DNA from: Betaproteobacteria bacterium
Lineage (GTDB): Bacteria > Pseudomonadota > Gammaproteobacteria > Burkholderiales > CAIKXV01
Direction of reading: 5' to 3'
NCBI GenBank assembly: GCA_947457885.1
Contig: CANGXU010000001.1
Span: forward strand, 34,471-98,470
Length of the DNA: 64,000 nucleotides
Every line of letters begins with the position of its first letter. Position 1 is the stretch's first letter. The position numbers were made by a program, and so were the translations under genes. Of the stretch, positions 20,860-27,759 are shown in pieces. The notes below the pieces were generated by a model. It searched no databases, had not been told where the DNA came from, and saw only the letters and a program-made list of their open reading frames with translations.

Positions 20860-21761
20860 GCGAGAAGGTCGTGTTCTGGTATGGCTGCAACGTGGTGCGC
20901 CATGGCGACATCATCCACGGGTCGATCGAGATCCTCCGTGCGATCGGCCTGGAAGTGGCGCCGGTCGGCGGGCCGAGCTACTGCTGCGGCACGTCCAAGG
21001 ACGCCAACCTGCGAGCGGCCGATGGCATGGCGAAGCGCACCGTCGGCAAGTTCAATGACCTCGCGATCTGGCTCGCCGAAGATGCACCGGCAGTCCCGGG
21101 GCTCCTGTCGTCGCCCGATCCGGCAACCGCCCCGGCGACGGTCGTCACCTGGTGCCCGTCGTGCCATCGCCACATGAACCAGTTCATGGAGGGCTATACC
21201 GACCCGCAGTTCCCGATGTCGCATTTCACCCAGATCGTCCACGCGGGTCGCGAGAGGCTGCGCGAACGGCTGGTGCATCCGGTGAACCGGCGCGTCGTGC
21301 TGCACAGGCACTTCGGCTTCCGCGAGGTTGACGTGAATCCGCTGGTCGAGGACCTGCTGCGCCTGATCCCCGGCCTGGAACTGGTCGAGACCGATGTCGC
21401 AGTACCCGGCCACATGTGCTCGGCGCTCGTCTCGGTCCCGGCCGCGCTGAAGGATGTCACGCGCGGCGTCTGCAACCTCGCGCGCGAGGTCCGTGCCGAT
21501 GCCGTCGTGACGGTGTTCCATTCCTGCCAGCGGCTGCTCTGCGCGCTCGAGGGCAGCGAGCCTTTCCACGTCGTGAACTACGTATCGCTGCTCTGCGAGG
21601 CGATGGGCCTGCCGCTGGTCGACGAGTACAAGTCGTGGAAACTCGCCGGCAGCGAAGCGGCGGTGCTCGACCGCATCGGTGCAGGGCGGGTCGAGAAACT
21701 GGGCGAGGCATTCGTGCGCGAACAACTGCTGCCCGAACTGCTGCGGGCGCCCGCGAAGTAG
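20856..21761 (+). CDS. HdrB-like CCG-domain (cysteine-rich) Fe-S protein
   Basis: MSEKVVFWYGCNV...GGPSYCCGT...TWCPSCHRH is a canonical first CCG domain. The second repeat is degenerate. The start overlaps the HdrC-like stop (ATGA). Confidence 0.75.
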   Translation: MSEKVVFWYGCNVVRHGDIIHGSIEILRAIGLEVAPVGGPSYCCGTSKDANLRAADGMAKRTVGKFNDLAIWLAEDAPAVPGLLSSPDPATAPATVVTWCPSCHRHMNQFMEGYTDPQFPMSHFTQIVHAGRERLRERLVHPVNRRVVLHRHFGFREVDVNPLVEDLLRLIPGLELVETDVAVPGHMCSALVSVPAALKDVTRGVCNLAREVRADAVVTVFHSCQRLLCALEGSEPFHVVNYVSLLCEAMGLPLVDEYKSWKLAGSEAAVLDRIGAGRVEKLGEAFVREQLLPELLRAPAK

Positions 21762-21933
21762 ACCCGCAGGTGCCGCGTTCGTCGGCTTCGGCAGGTTCTC
21801 GAACGTAAGCAGACAGGCTGGCCGTGCGTGCAGGGGGGAGGCGGCGCAGGCTGTGTGCGCGGTCTGCGGGTCGTGCCGAAGAGGGTTGCGAAGCCCACCT
21901 CGGCTGCATGACGCGCGGCCCCGATGCGAATGA

Positions 21934-23085
21934 TCAGCTCGGCCAGGAGCGTGTCGACGGCAGGGGTAGATTCACCGTCGATCCGGTATCGGGACATGGT
22001 GCAGCCTGTCGTGCAGGCGGCATGCCTGCGAGGCTGCCGAAGCGGGCCCTGCAGGCATCCACCAGGCTGTCGATCAGCGACAGCTTCGCCGAGACGGGCC
22101 CGGTGAGCACAAAGGGGCAGGCATCTGCCGAGCCGAGGGAGCGCGACAGTTCGTTCGCGAACTCCGCCAGTGGCAACCAGCGGGCGAGCATCGTTTCGAA
22201 CCGTGTCGAGCCACGGTCGCCGCTGGATGGCAACCCGCCAGGCGACGGTACCGGGTTCACGCCCGCTTCGGTTGCCGACTGGAGCGTGTCGACGATCAGG
22301 AGGTAATGCGCCCAGGTTTCCGCCCAGTCTTCCTGCGGATGTGAAGTGGCGTACGCGCTGATGTACTGATCCGTCCAGCGGAACGGCTGGTTGCCGGCGT
22401 AGTAGGAAGCCAGTGCTTCCGCGTAGCCGCTGTCGATGTCGCCGAAGATCGCTTGCACCATGGCGGTGGCGCCGGGTACCTCGTGCAGCCGTGAAAGATA
22501 GTAGTGCCCGCTTTCATGCCGGAAGTGACCCAGCAGCGTCCGGCAGGGCTCTCCCATGCCCGTGCGCATGCGCTCCCGCTCGACATCGTCGGCCTCGGCG
22601 ATGTTGATGCTGATCACCCCGTCCGAATGCGACGTCATGAACCGGTTGCCGGGCACGATGTCGGCACCGAAAGCGAATCCCAGGCCCTCGGGCGACTCCG
22701 ATCGTGGCACCAGCGGCAGCCGAAGGGCGGCGAGTGTGAACAGCAGGCGGCGCTTGGCACGCTCCAGCCGTCGCCAGTATTCGAGGTGTACCGGCACCGT
22801 GAGCGACGGGATCTGCTGGGTGAAGCGGCAGGCGCGGCACAGCGTGCCGACTTCGTCTTCTTGCAGGATGCCATTGCAGATCGCGTAGTCGATCGAGTTG
22901 CTGCACGGCCTGTAACGCCGACCGGCCGGATCGCTCACGTCGCGCCATGAGCCGCCGCCTGCGTCGGCGAGGGATGCCAGGTGCATCAGGTCCGGTAGCA
23001 GGCCCAGACGCGCTCCGCACGCGAGGCACGACCAGTTGTCGAAATAGACTCGGCTGCCGCAGCGACCGCACCGATGGCGCAACAT
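21934..23085 (-). CDS. Zinc-ribbon plus HExxH putative zinc metallopeptidase (uncharacterised family)
   Basis: Start MLRHRCGRCGSRVYFDNWSCLACGARLG (zinc ribbon) at 23085. HESGH motif and WAETWAHY follow downstream. The ORF-track start at 23343 is spurious. Confidence 0.8.
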   Translation of the reverse strand: MLRHRCGRCGSRVYFDNWSCLACGARLGLLPDLMHLASLADAGGGSWRDVSDPAGRRYRPCSNSIDYAICNGILQEDEVGTLCRACRFTQQIPSLTVPVHLEYWRRLERAKRRLLFTLAALRLPLVPRSESPEGLGFAFGADIVPGNRFMTSHSDGVISINIAEADDVERERMRTGMGEPCRTLLGHFRHESGHYYLSRLHEVPGATAMVQAIFGDIDSGYAEALASYYAGNQPFRWTDQYISAYATSHPQEDWAETWAHYLLIVDTLQSATEAGVNPVPSPGGLPSSGDRGSTRFETMLARWLPLAEFANELSRSLGSADACPFVLTGPVSAKLSLIDSLVDACRARFGSLAGMPPARQAAPCPDTGSTVNLPLPSTRSWPS

Positions 23086-23102
23086 GTCCGTCGAGAACGC
23101 CG

Positions 23103-23345
23103 TCAGCCCGCAAGCGCCGCGGCGAACGAACGCCTGCGCACTTCCACTGCGGAGGGCTGCATCGAGTCCCGGTACTTCGAGACGGTCCGGCGCTCGATCA
23201 TGATGCCCTTGTCGGCAGTGATGCGGGCATCGTTGGCCGAGAGGGGCTGCCGCATCAGTACGCGCGCCGCCCGTGCCGGCGATTTCGCCCAGCACCATGG
23301 GCCACATCGCTGGTTGACGTGACGCACGATGCCAGGCCGCCACAT
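23103..23345 (-). pseudogene. Sigma-54 C-terminal (RpoN-box) fragment: 80-codon ORF, either an rpoN relic or a stand-alone HTH micro-protein
   Basis: Translation ...RQPLSANDARITADKGIMIERRTVSKYRDSMQPSAVEVRRR resembles the RpoN C-terminus (..KPLSD....L...GI.[14 protein letters not shown].S..RK). The ATG at 23345 overlaps the TGA of the upstream UPF0391 gene (TGATG). No other sigma-54 regions are present. Confidence 0.45.
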
Positions 23346-23512
23346 CAGAGCGGCGGCGAACGTCGGCCCAGGAGCGCGAAGATCACGGCCAGGATCAAGC
23401 CGATCACGAACAGCGTCCAGGCTATGCTGGATGCCGTGCCGGCGAGGCCGCCGAGGCCGAGCACGGCTGCGACGATCGCGATGATGAGGAACACTGCTGC
23501 CCAATGGAACAT
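23345..23512 (-). CDS. UPF0391/DUF1328 small membrane protein (YtjA-like), 55 aa
   Basis: Not in the ORF track (<60 aa). Minus-strand read: GGAAGGAG-N6-ATG, MFHWAAVFLIIAIVAAVLGLGGLAGTASSIAWTLFVIGLILAVIFALLGRRSPPL. The family signature ..FF.IALVAA.LGFGG.AG.A..IA is recognisable. Confidence 0.85.
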   Translation of the reverse strand: MFHWAAVFLIIAIVAAVLGLGGLAGTASSIAWTLFVIGLILAVIFALLGRRSPPL

Positions 23513-23529
23513 GGTCGACTCCTTCCGGG

Positions 23530-23709
23530 TTATCGGCGGCTTTGCAGTCGCGCAGCCGCCGGTTCGACAGCCACCGGGTAGCGCGGTGTGTCCGCGCTGT
23601 CCAGCAACCGTTCTGCACCGTGTTCGATGTCCTTGCAGATGCCCTGCGCGGTGTCGCAGCCCGCCAGGCCCTTCACCGCCGGCAGGATTTCCGCGAGGGC
23701 GATCGGCAT
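23530..23709 (-). CDS. Hypothetical 59-aa protein
   Basis: ATG at 23709 follows a GAGGAG SD with 5-nt spacing. Third-position GC is very high. MPIALAEILPAVKGLAGCDTAQGICKDIEHGAERLL... has no family I recognise. Ends 17 bp before the UPF0391 start. Confidence 0.5.
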   Translation of the reverse strand: MPIALAEILPAVKGLAGCDTAQGICKDIEHGAERLLDSADTPRYPVAVEPAAARLQSRR

Positions 23710-23838
23710 CCGGATCTCCTCGCGGGGGACCGCACGAAGCTTCGAGGGTCCCCGCTGAGCTTGCCGCAACGAGCGTGCCCGTCGAGGATCCTCAGTCAGG
23801 CGCGGACCCGGTTCCCCGGCCCGGGATCCATCGCTCGT

Positions 23839-25053
23839 TCAGCGGGCCTTCAATCGCCATAGCGATACCCGCTCGGCCGCGCGGGCTGCATGGAGCGGAT
23901 CGCGCGGATCGCCCGCCTTCGCATGCGTCGGCCGCGTATCGATACGTTCCACCACGGCCAGACCACCTGCGTCGATCATCGTCTCGAGCTCCGCCCGGCT
24001 GCGCAGGCCGAGGTGCTCGGCAAGGTCGGACAGGACGAGCCAGCCCTCGCCGTCGGGCGCGAGGTGGTCGGAAAGACCTGCTAGGAAGCCGCGCAGCATC
24101 CGGCTGTCCGGATCGTAGATCGCTTGTTCCAGTGCCGAACTCGGCCGCGCCGGAACCCATGGCGGATTGCAGACGACAAGAGGTGCTCGTCCGGGGGGGA
24201 ACAGGTCGGCGTCCACCACCTGTACCCTGCGCTCCAGGCCCAGACGCGCCAGGTTTTCGCGCGCGCAGGCGATGGCGCGCGGATCCTTGTCGGTCGCGAC
24301 GATCCGTTCGACGCCGCGGCGCGCGAGTACGGCCGACAGCACGCCGGTGCCGGTGCCGACGTCGAAGGCGAGCGGTACTCCACCTGTTGGCAACGGCGCC
24401 ATGGATACCAGCTCGACGTATTCGCCGCGGACCGGCGCGAACACACCGTAATGCGGATGGATACGCTCGCCCATGGCGGCGATTTCCACGCCGTTCCGGC
24501 GCCATTCATGCGCTCCGATCAGCCCGAGCAGCTCGCGCAGGGAGGCTACATAGGGCTCGTGCGCCGGGCCGTAGGCTTCCTCGCAGGCTGCGGCAACGTC
24601 AGGTGCCCGGCGAAGCGGTATCACGTGCCCCGGTTCGAAGGGAATCAGCAGCATTCCCAGCGTGTGCGCGCGCTGGGCCTGTGCCATCCGGTGCCGATGG
24701 AACGCCTCGGCCGGTGCCGGCGCCTCGGTGGCAGCGCTCAGTGCCGACTTCGCGCGGCCACGTGCCTTCGCCCGTGCGCGTGCCTTGACCTTCGCCGGCT
24801 TGCGATCGACCCGGCGTGCCAGCGCGATCAGCAGGTGTCGTGCATTCTGGAAGTCGCCCTGCCAGACCAGCGCCGTGCCCTCGCTCGCCAGCCGATAGGC
24901 GGTGTCGGCGGGTGTGGTGTCGTCGACGGCCACTACCCGTCTTGGTGGCGCAGTGCCGTTCTCCGACCGCCAGCGGACCGATTGCGGTCCATCGGGTCCG
25001 TTCCAGGCGAGGACGGGATGACCGGCGGCGGGAAGTTCGTGAGAGATCGTCAT
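23839..25053 (-). CDS. Class I SAM-dependent methyltransferase (NPPW motif) with uncharacterised N-terminal half
   Basis: Start MTISHEL at 25053. Motif I is FDVGTGTGVLSAVLA; motif IV is VVCNPPWVP. The N-terminal 170 aa include a KVKARARAKARGRAKS basic tract. Confidence 0.8.
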   Translation of the reverse strand: MTISHELPAAGHPVLAWNGPDGPQSVRWRSENGTAPPRRVVAVDDTTPADTAYRLASEGTALVWQGDFQNARHLLIALARRVDRKPAKVKARARAKARGRAKSALSAATEAPAPAEAFHRHRMAQAQRAHTLGMLLIPFEPGHVIPLRRAPDVAAACEEAYGPAHEPYVASLRELLGLIGAHEWRRNGVEIAAMGERIHPHYGVFAPVRGEYVELVSMAPLPTGGVPLAFDVGTGTGVLSAVLARRGVERIVATDKDPRAIACARENLARLGLERRVQVVDADLFPPGRAPLVVCNPPWVPARPSSALEQAIYDPDSRMLRGFLAGLSDHLAPDGEGWLVLSDLAEHLGLRSRAELETMIDAGGLAVVERIDTRPTHAKAGDPRDPLHAARAAERVSLWRLKAR

Positions 25054-25156
25054 GCCCCGAGTATGCGCGATGTGCGCGAGGCCCGGATGCTGGACAAAAG
25101 ACAGGCGCATGAGCATGATCGATGGCACAGAAAAAACGACCCTCAGGAGGATATGG

Positions 25157-26146
25157 ATGCCATCTGGAAGACCTGTTGCCGCTGTCGCGCGGCCCGTTCT
25201 GCTGTCGCTGCTGATGGCCTTCGGCGCGGTGCTGCCCGCGGCGCACGCGCAGCTCCAGTTCCCGGTCAAGCCCATCCGGCTGATCGTCGGCAGCGCAGCC
25301 GGCTCGGGTCCGGACATCATCGGGCGGGCGATGGCCGATCGGCTCGGCGAGACCTGGGGCCAGCGGATGATCGTCGACCCGCGCCCAGGTGCCGCTGGTG
25401 CCATCAGCGCGGACCTCGCGATGGCGGCCGTGCCGGACGGCTACACGATGATGATGCTCACGTCGCAGTTGTTCGTCGCATCGCAGGTGCTGACCGGCCT
25501 GAAGTTCGACCTGAGCCGCGATTTCCAGTCGATCGCGTTGATCGGTACCGTGCCGTTCGTCCTGCTGGCGAACACGCAGGTGCCGGCGAAGACGCTGAGG
25601 GAGCTCGTCGAGCTCGCCCGCAAGGCGCCTGGCACGCTACGTTACGGCTCCGCCGGCACGGGTGCGTCCGAGCACCTGTCGGGCGTCCTGCTGACCCAGT
25701 TGACCAGGACCGACATGCTGCACGTCCCCTACAAGGGCGTACCACAGGCGATCGCCGATGCGATGGCCAACGAGGTTCAGGTCACGTATGCGGTGGTGCC
25801 CGCGGCCATCCCGCACGTGCAGTCGGGTCGGTTGCGCGCACTCGGCGTGACGACGCCGGTGCGCGCGCCGCTGCTGCCCGATGTGCCATCCATTTCCGAA
25901 GTGGTACCGGGCTACGCGATGTACGGCTGGTACAGCATCGTCGCGCCGACCGGAACGCCCCCTGCGGTACTAAACCAGGCCAGCGCTGAAATGGTGCGGG
26001 TGATGAAGGAACCCGCATTCGGCGAGCGCCTGAAGGCGCTCGGCGTCGACCTGGTCGCCGGCGACCGGCAGGTGCTCGACAAATGGCGTTCCGAGGAACT
26101 CCAGCGCATCCGCGCGGTAGTCAAGATGGCGGGTGCAAGGCAATAA
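25157..26146 (+). CDS. Bug/TctC-family periplasmic tripartite tricarboxylate transporter substrate-binding protein (paralog 1)
   Basis: AGGAGG-N6-ATG at 25157. Signal peptide is followed by FPVKPIRLIVGSAAGSGPDIIGR...PRPGAAG...PYKG. Confidence 0.9.
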   Translation: MPSGRPVAAVARPVLLSLLMAFGAVLPAAHAQLQFPVKPIRLIVGSAAGSGPDIIGRAMADRLGETWGQRMIVDPRPGAAGAISADLAMAAVPDGYTMMMLTSQLFVASQVLTGLKFDLSRDFQSIALIGTVPFVLLANTQVPAKTLRELVELARKAPGTLRYGSAGTGASEHLSGVLLTQLTRTDMLHVPYKGVPQAIADAMANEVQVTYAVVPAAIPHVQSGRLRALGVTTPVRAPLLPDVPSISEVVPGYAMYGWYSIVAPTGTPPAVLNQASAEMVRVMKEPAFGERLKALGVDLVAGDRQVLDKWRSEELQRIRAVVKMAGARQ

Positions 26147-26265
26147 GCAGGCCCCGGGCTGGCGCTGTCGCCAGGCCCGGCGGTCAATCCGTCGGGGGGA
26201 AGTGCGGATCGTTGGTCAGGTGCATCTGCCCGGAGGCGGTGGTTTCATCGCGCCGGGTTTCATCG

Positions 26266-26448
26266 TCATCGATTTCGCCCGAGCCAGATGGTGGCCGCGA
26301 GCGACGCGAACATCACGCTCAGGATCACCCGCATCATCGGCCATGGCGCGTCCGGAGTTGCTTCGCCCGGCCACCCGGCGTAAGCCATGAACGCCCAGTA
26401 GAGGGAAAACGCGAGGCTGGTGACGGCGGCGATCTGCGGACGGGTCAT
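26266..26448 (-). CDS. Possible 60-aa two-TM membrane protein (hypothetical)
   Basis: Two hydrophobic helices (IAAVTSLAFSLYWAFMAYAGW; MMRVILSVMFASLAATIWLG) and high GC3. No convincing SD and no recognised family. Confidence 0.3.
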   Translation of the reverse strand: MTRPQIAAVTSLAFSLYWAFMAYAGWPGEATPDAPWPMMRVILSVMFASLAATIWLGRNR

Positions 26449-26467
26449 CGTTGGTGTATGTATGCAG

Positions 26468-26479
26468 TGTCACGTGACA
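26468..26479. promoter_or_regulatory. 12-bp perfect palindrome TGTCACGTGACA in a low-GC divergent intergenic patch
   Basis: Read directly from the sequence. It lies between the 60-aa ORF (minus) and the RidA-family gene (plus). Candidate operator. Confidence 0.25.
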
Positions 26480-26583
26480 ACAGGAGAGTGGCCGAGCCGC
26501 GCGCGCTTCGCAAGACCCTTGCCGAACGGCGGCCGATCGGCGACAAACAGGGCTCGTTCCTGCAGCCTGGCAAAGGAGTCAAG

Positions 26584-27066
26584 ATGGGTCTGATCGAGTC
26601 CAAGCTGGCCAGCATGGGCCTGTCCCTGCCGGCCACGCATCCGTATCCGAGTCCCAACCGAACGGCCGCGGTACGCGTCGGGAACATCCTGTTCCTTTCG
26701 GGGCACGGCACGGGACGGCAGGAGATGTCTCTCGGCATCAGACAATATGGCAAGGTCGGTGGTGATGTGACCGAGGCGGAAGCGCAGCTGTGTGCGAAGT
26801 CGGTCGCGCTGGCGATGATGTCGTCGATCAAGGCCGAGGTCGGCGACCTGGACAAGGTCCGTCGGGTCATTCGCCTCTACGGCATGGTCAACAGCGCGCC
26901 CGGCTTCGACCGGCAGTTCTCGGTGATCGACGGCGCGTCCGACCTCTTCTACGAACTGTGGGGGCCGGAGTTCGGCCGGCATGCCCGTGCGGCCGTCGGC
27001 ATCGCCGAGCTGCCGCGCGGTGCGGTGCTCGAGATCATGGGCGAGTTCGAGCTGCATCCCGGGTAG
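26584..27066 (+). CDS. RidA/YjgF/TdcF-family (endoribonuclease L-PSP fold) protein
   Basis: AAGGAG-N5-ATG at 26584. MGLIESKLASMGLSLP...GNILFLSGHG...ARAAVGIAELPRGAVLEIMGEFEL. Confidence 0.85.
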   Translation: MGLIESKLASMGLSLPATHPYPSPNRTAAVRVGNILFLSGHGTGRQEMSLGIRQYGKVGGDVTEAEAQLCAKSVALAMMSSIKAEVGDLDKVRRVIRLYGMVNSAPGFDRQFSVIDGASDLFYELWGPEFGRHARAAVGIAELPRGAVLEIMGEFELHPG

Positions 27067-27127
27067 GAGTCTTCCGCGCGCGGCCGGGAAGCGTTCCGGG
27101 CCGCCTCGTCAGGTCAAGCCGGGCTCG

Positions 27128-27538
27128 TCAATTCGACGCACCGGCATCGAAGACCAGGTCGATCGGCACCTGCAGTCCGGTGGCGAGGTGGTTGGTCTTG
27201 CCGGCGAGCGAGACGATGGCCAGCAGCTCCGCATGCTGCGCGTCTGTCATGCCTTTCGCGCGCGCCGCAGCGGTATGTGAATGCACGCAGTAGCCGCAGC
27301 CGTTTGCGATCGATACCGCGACATAGAGCATTTCCTTGACCAGCGGGTCGAGCTGCGTCGGCACAGCCATCAGGCCCTTCACCTCGGCCCAGGTGTTCTC
27401 GAGCAGTGTCGGGTCGAAGGCCAGCGTGCGCCAGAGATTGTTCACGAAATCGGTCTTTCGCGTGGCCCGGATGTCATCGAACACGGCCTTCACGCGCGGG
27501 TCCGCTTCCGGGTCGAGTGGCTGCCGGACGGTCGTCAT
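27128..27538 (-). CDS. Carboxymuconolactone decarboxylase / AhpD-like family protein
   Basis: Start MTTVRQPLD at 27538. AhpD-type CxxC motif in NGCGYCVHSHTAAAR. Confidence 0.85.
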   Translation of the reverse strand: MTTVRQPLDPEADPRVKAVFDDIRATRKTDFVNNLWRTLAFDPTLLENTWAEVKGLMAVPTQLDPLVKEMLYVAVSIANGCGYCVHSHTAAARAKGMTDAQHAELLAIVSLAGKTNHLATGLQVPIDLVFDAGASN

Positions 27539-27759
27539 TCGGTACGGCTCCTGCGAGGCGATCGGTTGAGACAGGGGGGCGTCGAAGGATAGCAAAGGCA
27601 GCCCGAGTGCAGCGACTGAATGCGCTGCCTGCCTGCAGGTCGTCGGGAGGGGATACATGCACGGGGCCAGTGCCCGGTGCGCGCCTGTGCGGTTGACGTC
27701 GCAACGACGCCCACACGATACTTCCGCTCCCTCCCCCCAAGCCAGGATGAACGCTTTCC

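Noticed and set aside
21578-21997. 139-aa minus-strand ORF starting MSRYRIDGESTPAVDTLLAELIIRIG, partly filling the 172-bp convergent gap
   Set aside because: After about 45 residues it degenerates into an R/P/S-rich sequence antisense to the HdrB-like gene. It also overlaps the 3' end of the metallopeptidase, and it has no SD.
23074-23322. 82-aa plus-strand ORF in the gap upstream of the metallopeptidase
   Set aside because: It is opposite the RpoN-box-like frame, has no SD, and has no family resemblance. The minus-strand reading explains the region better.
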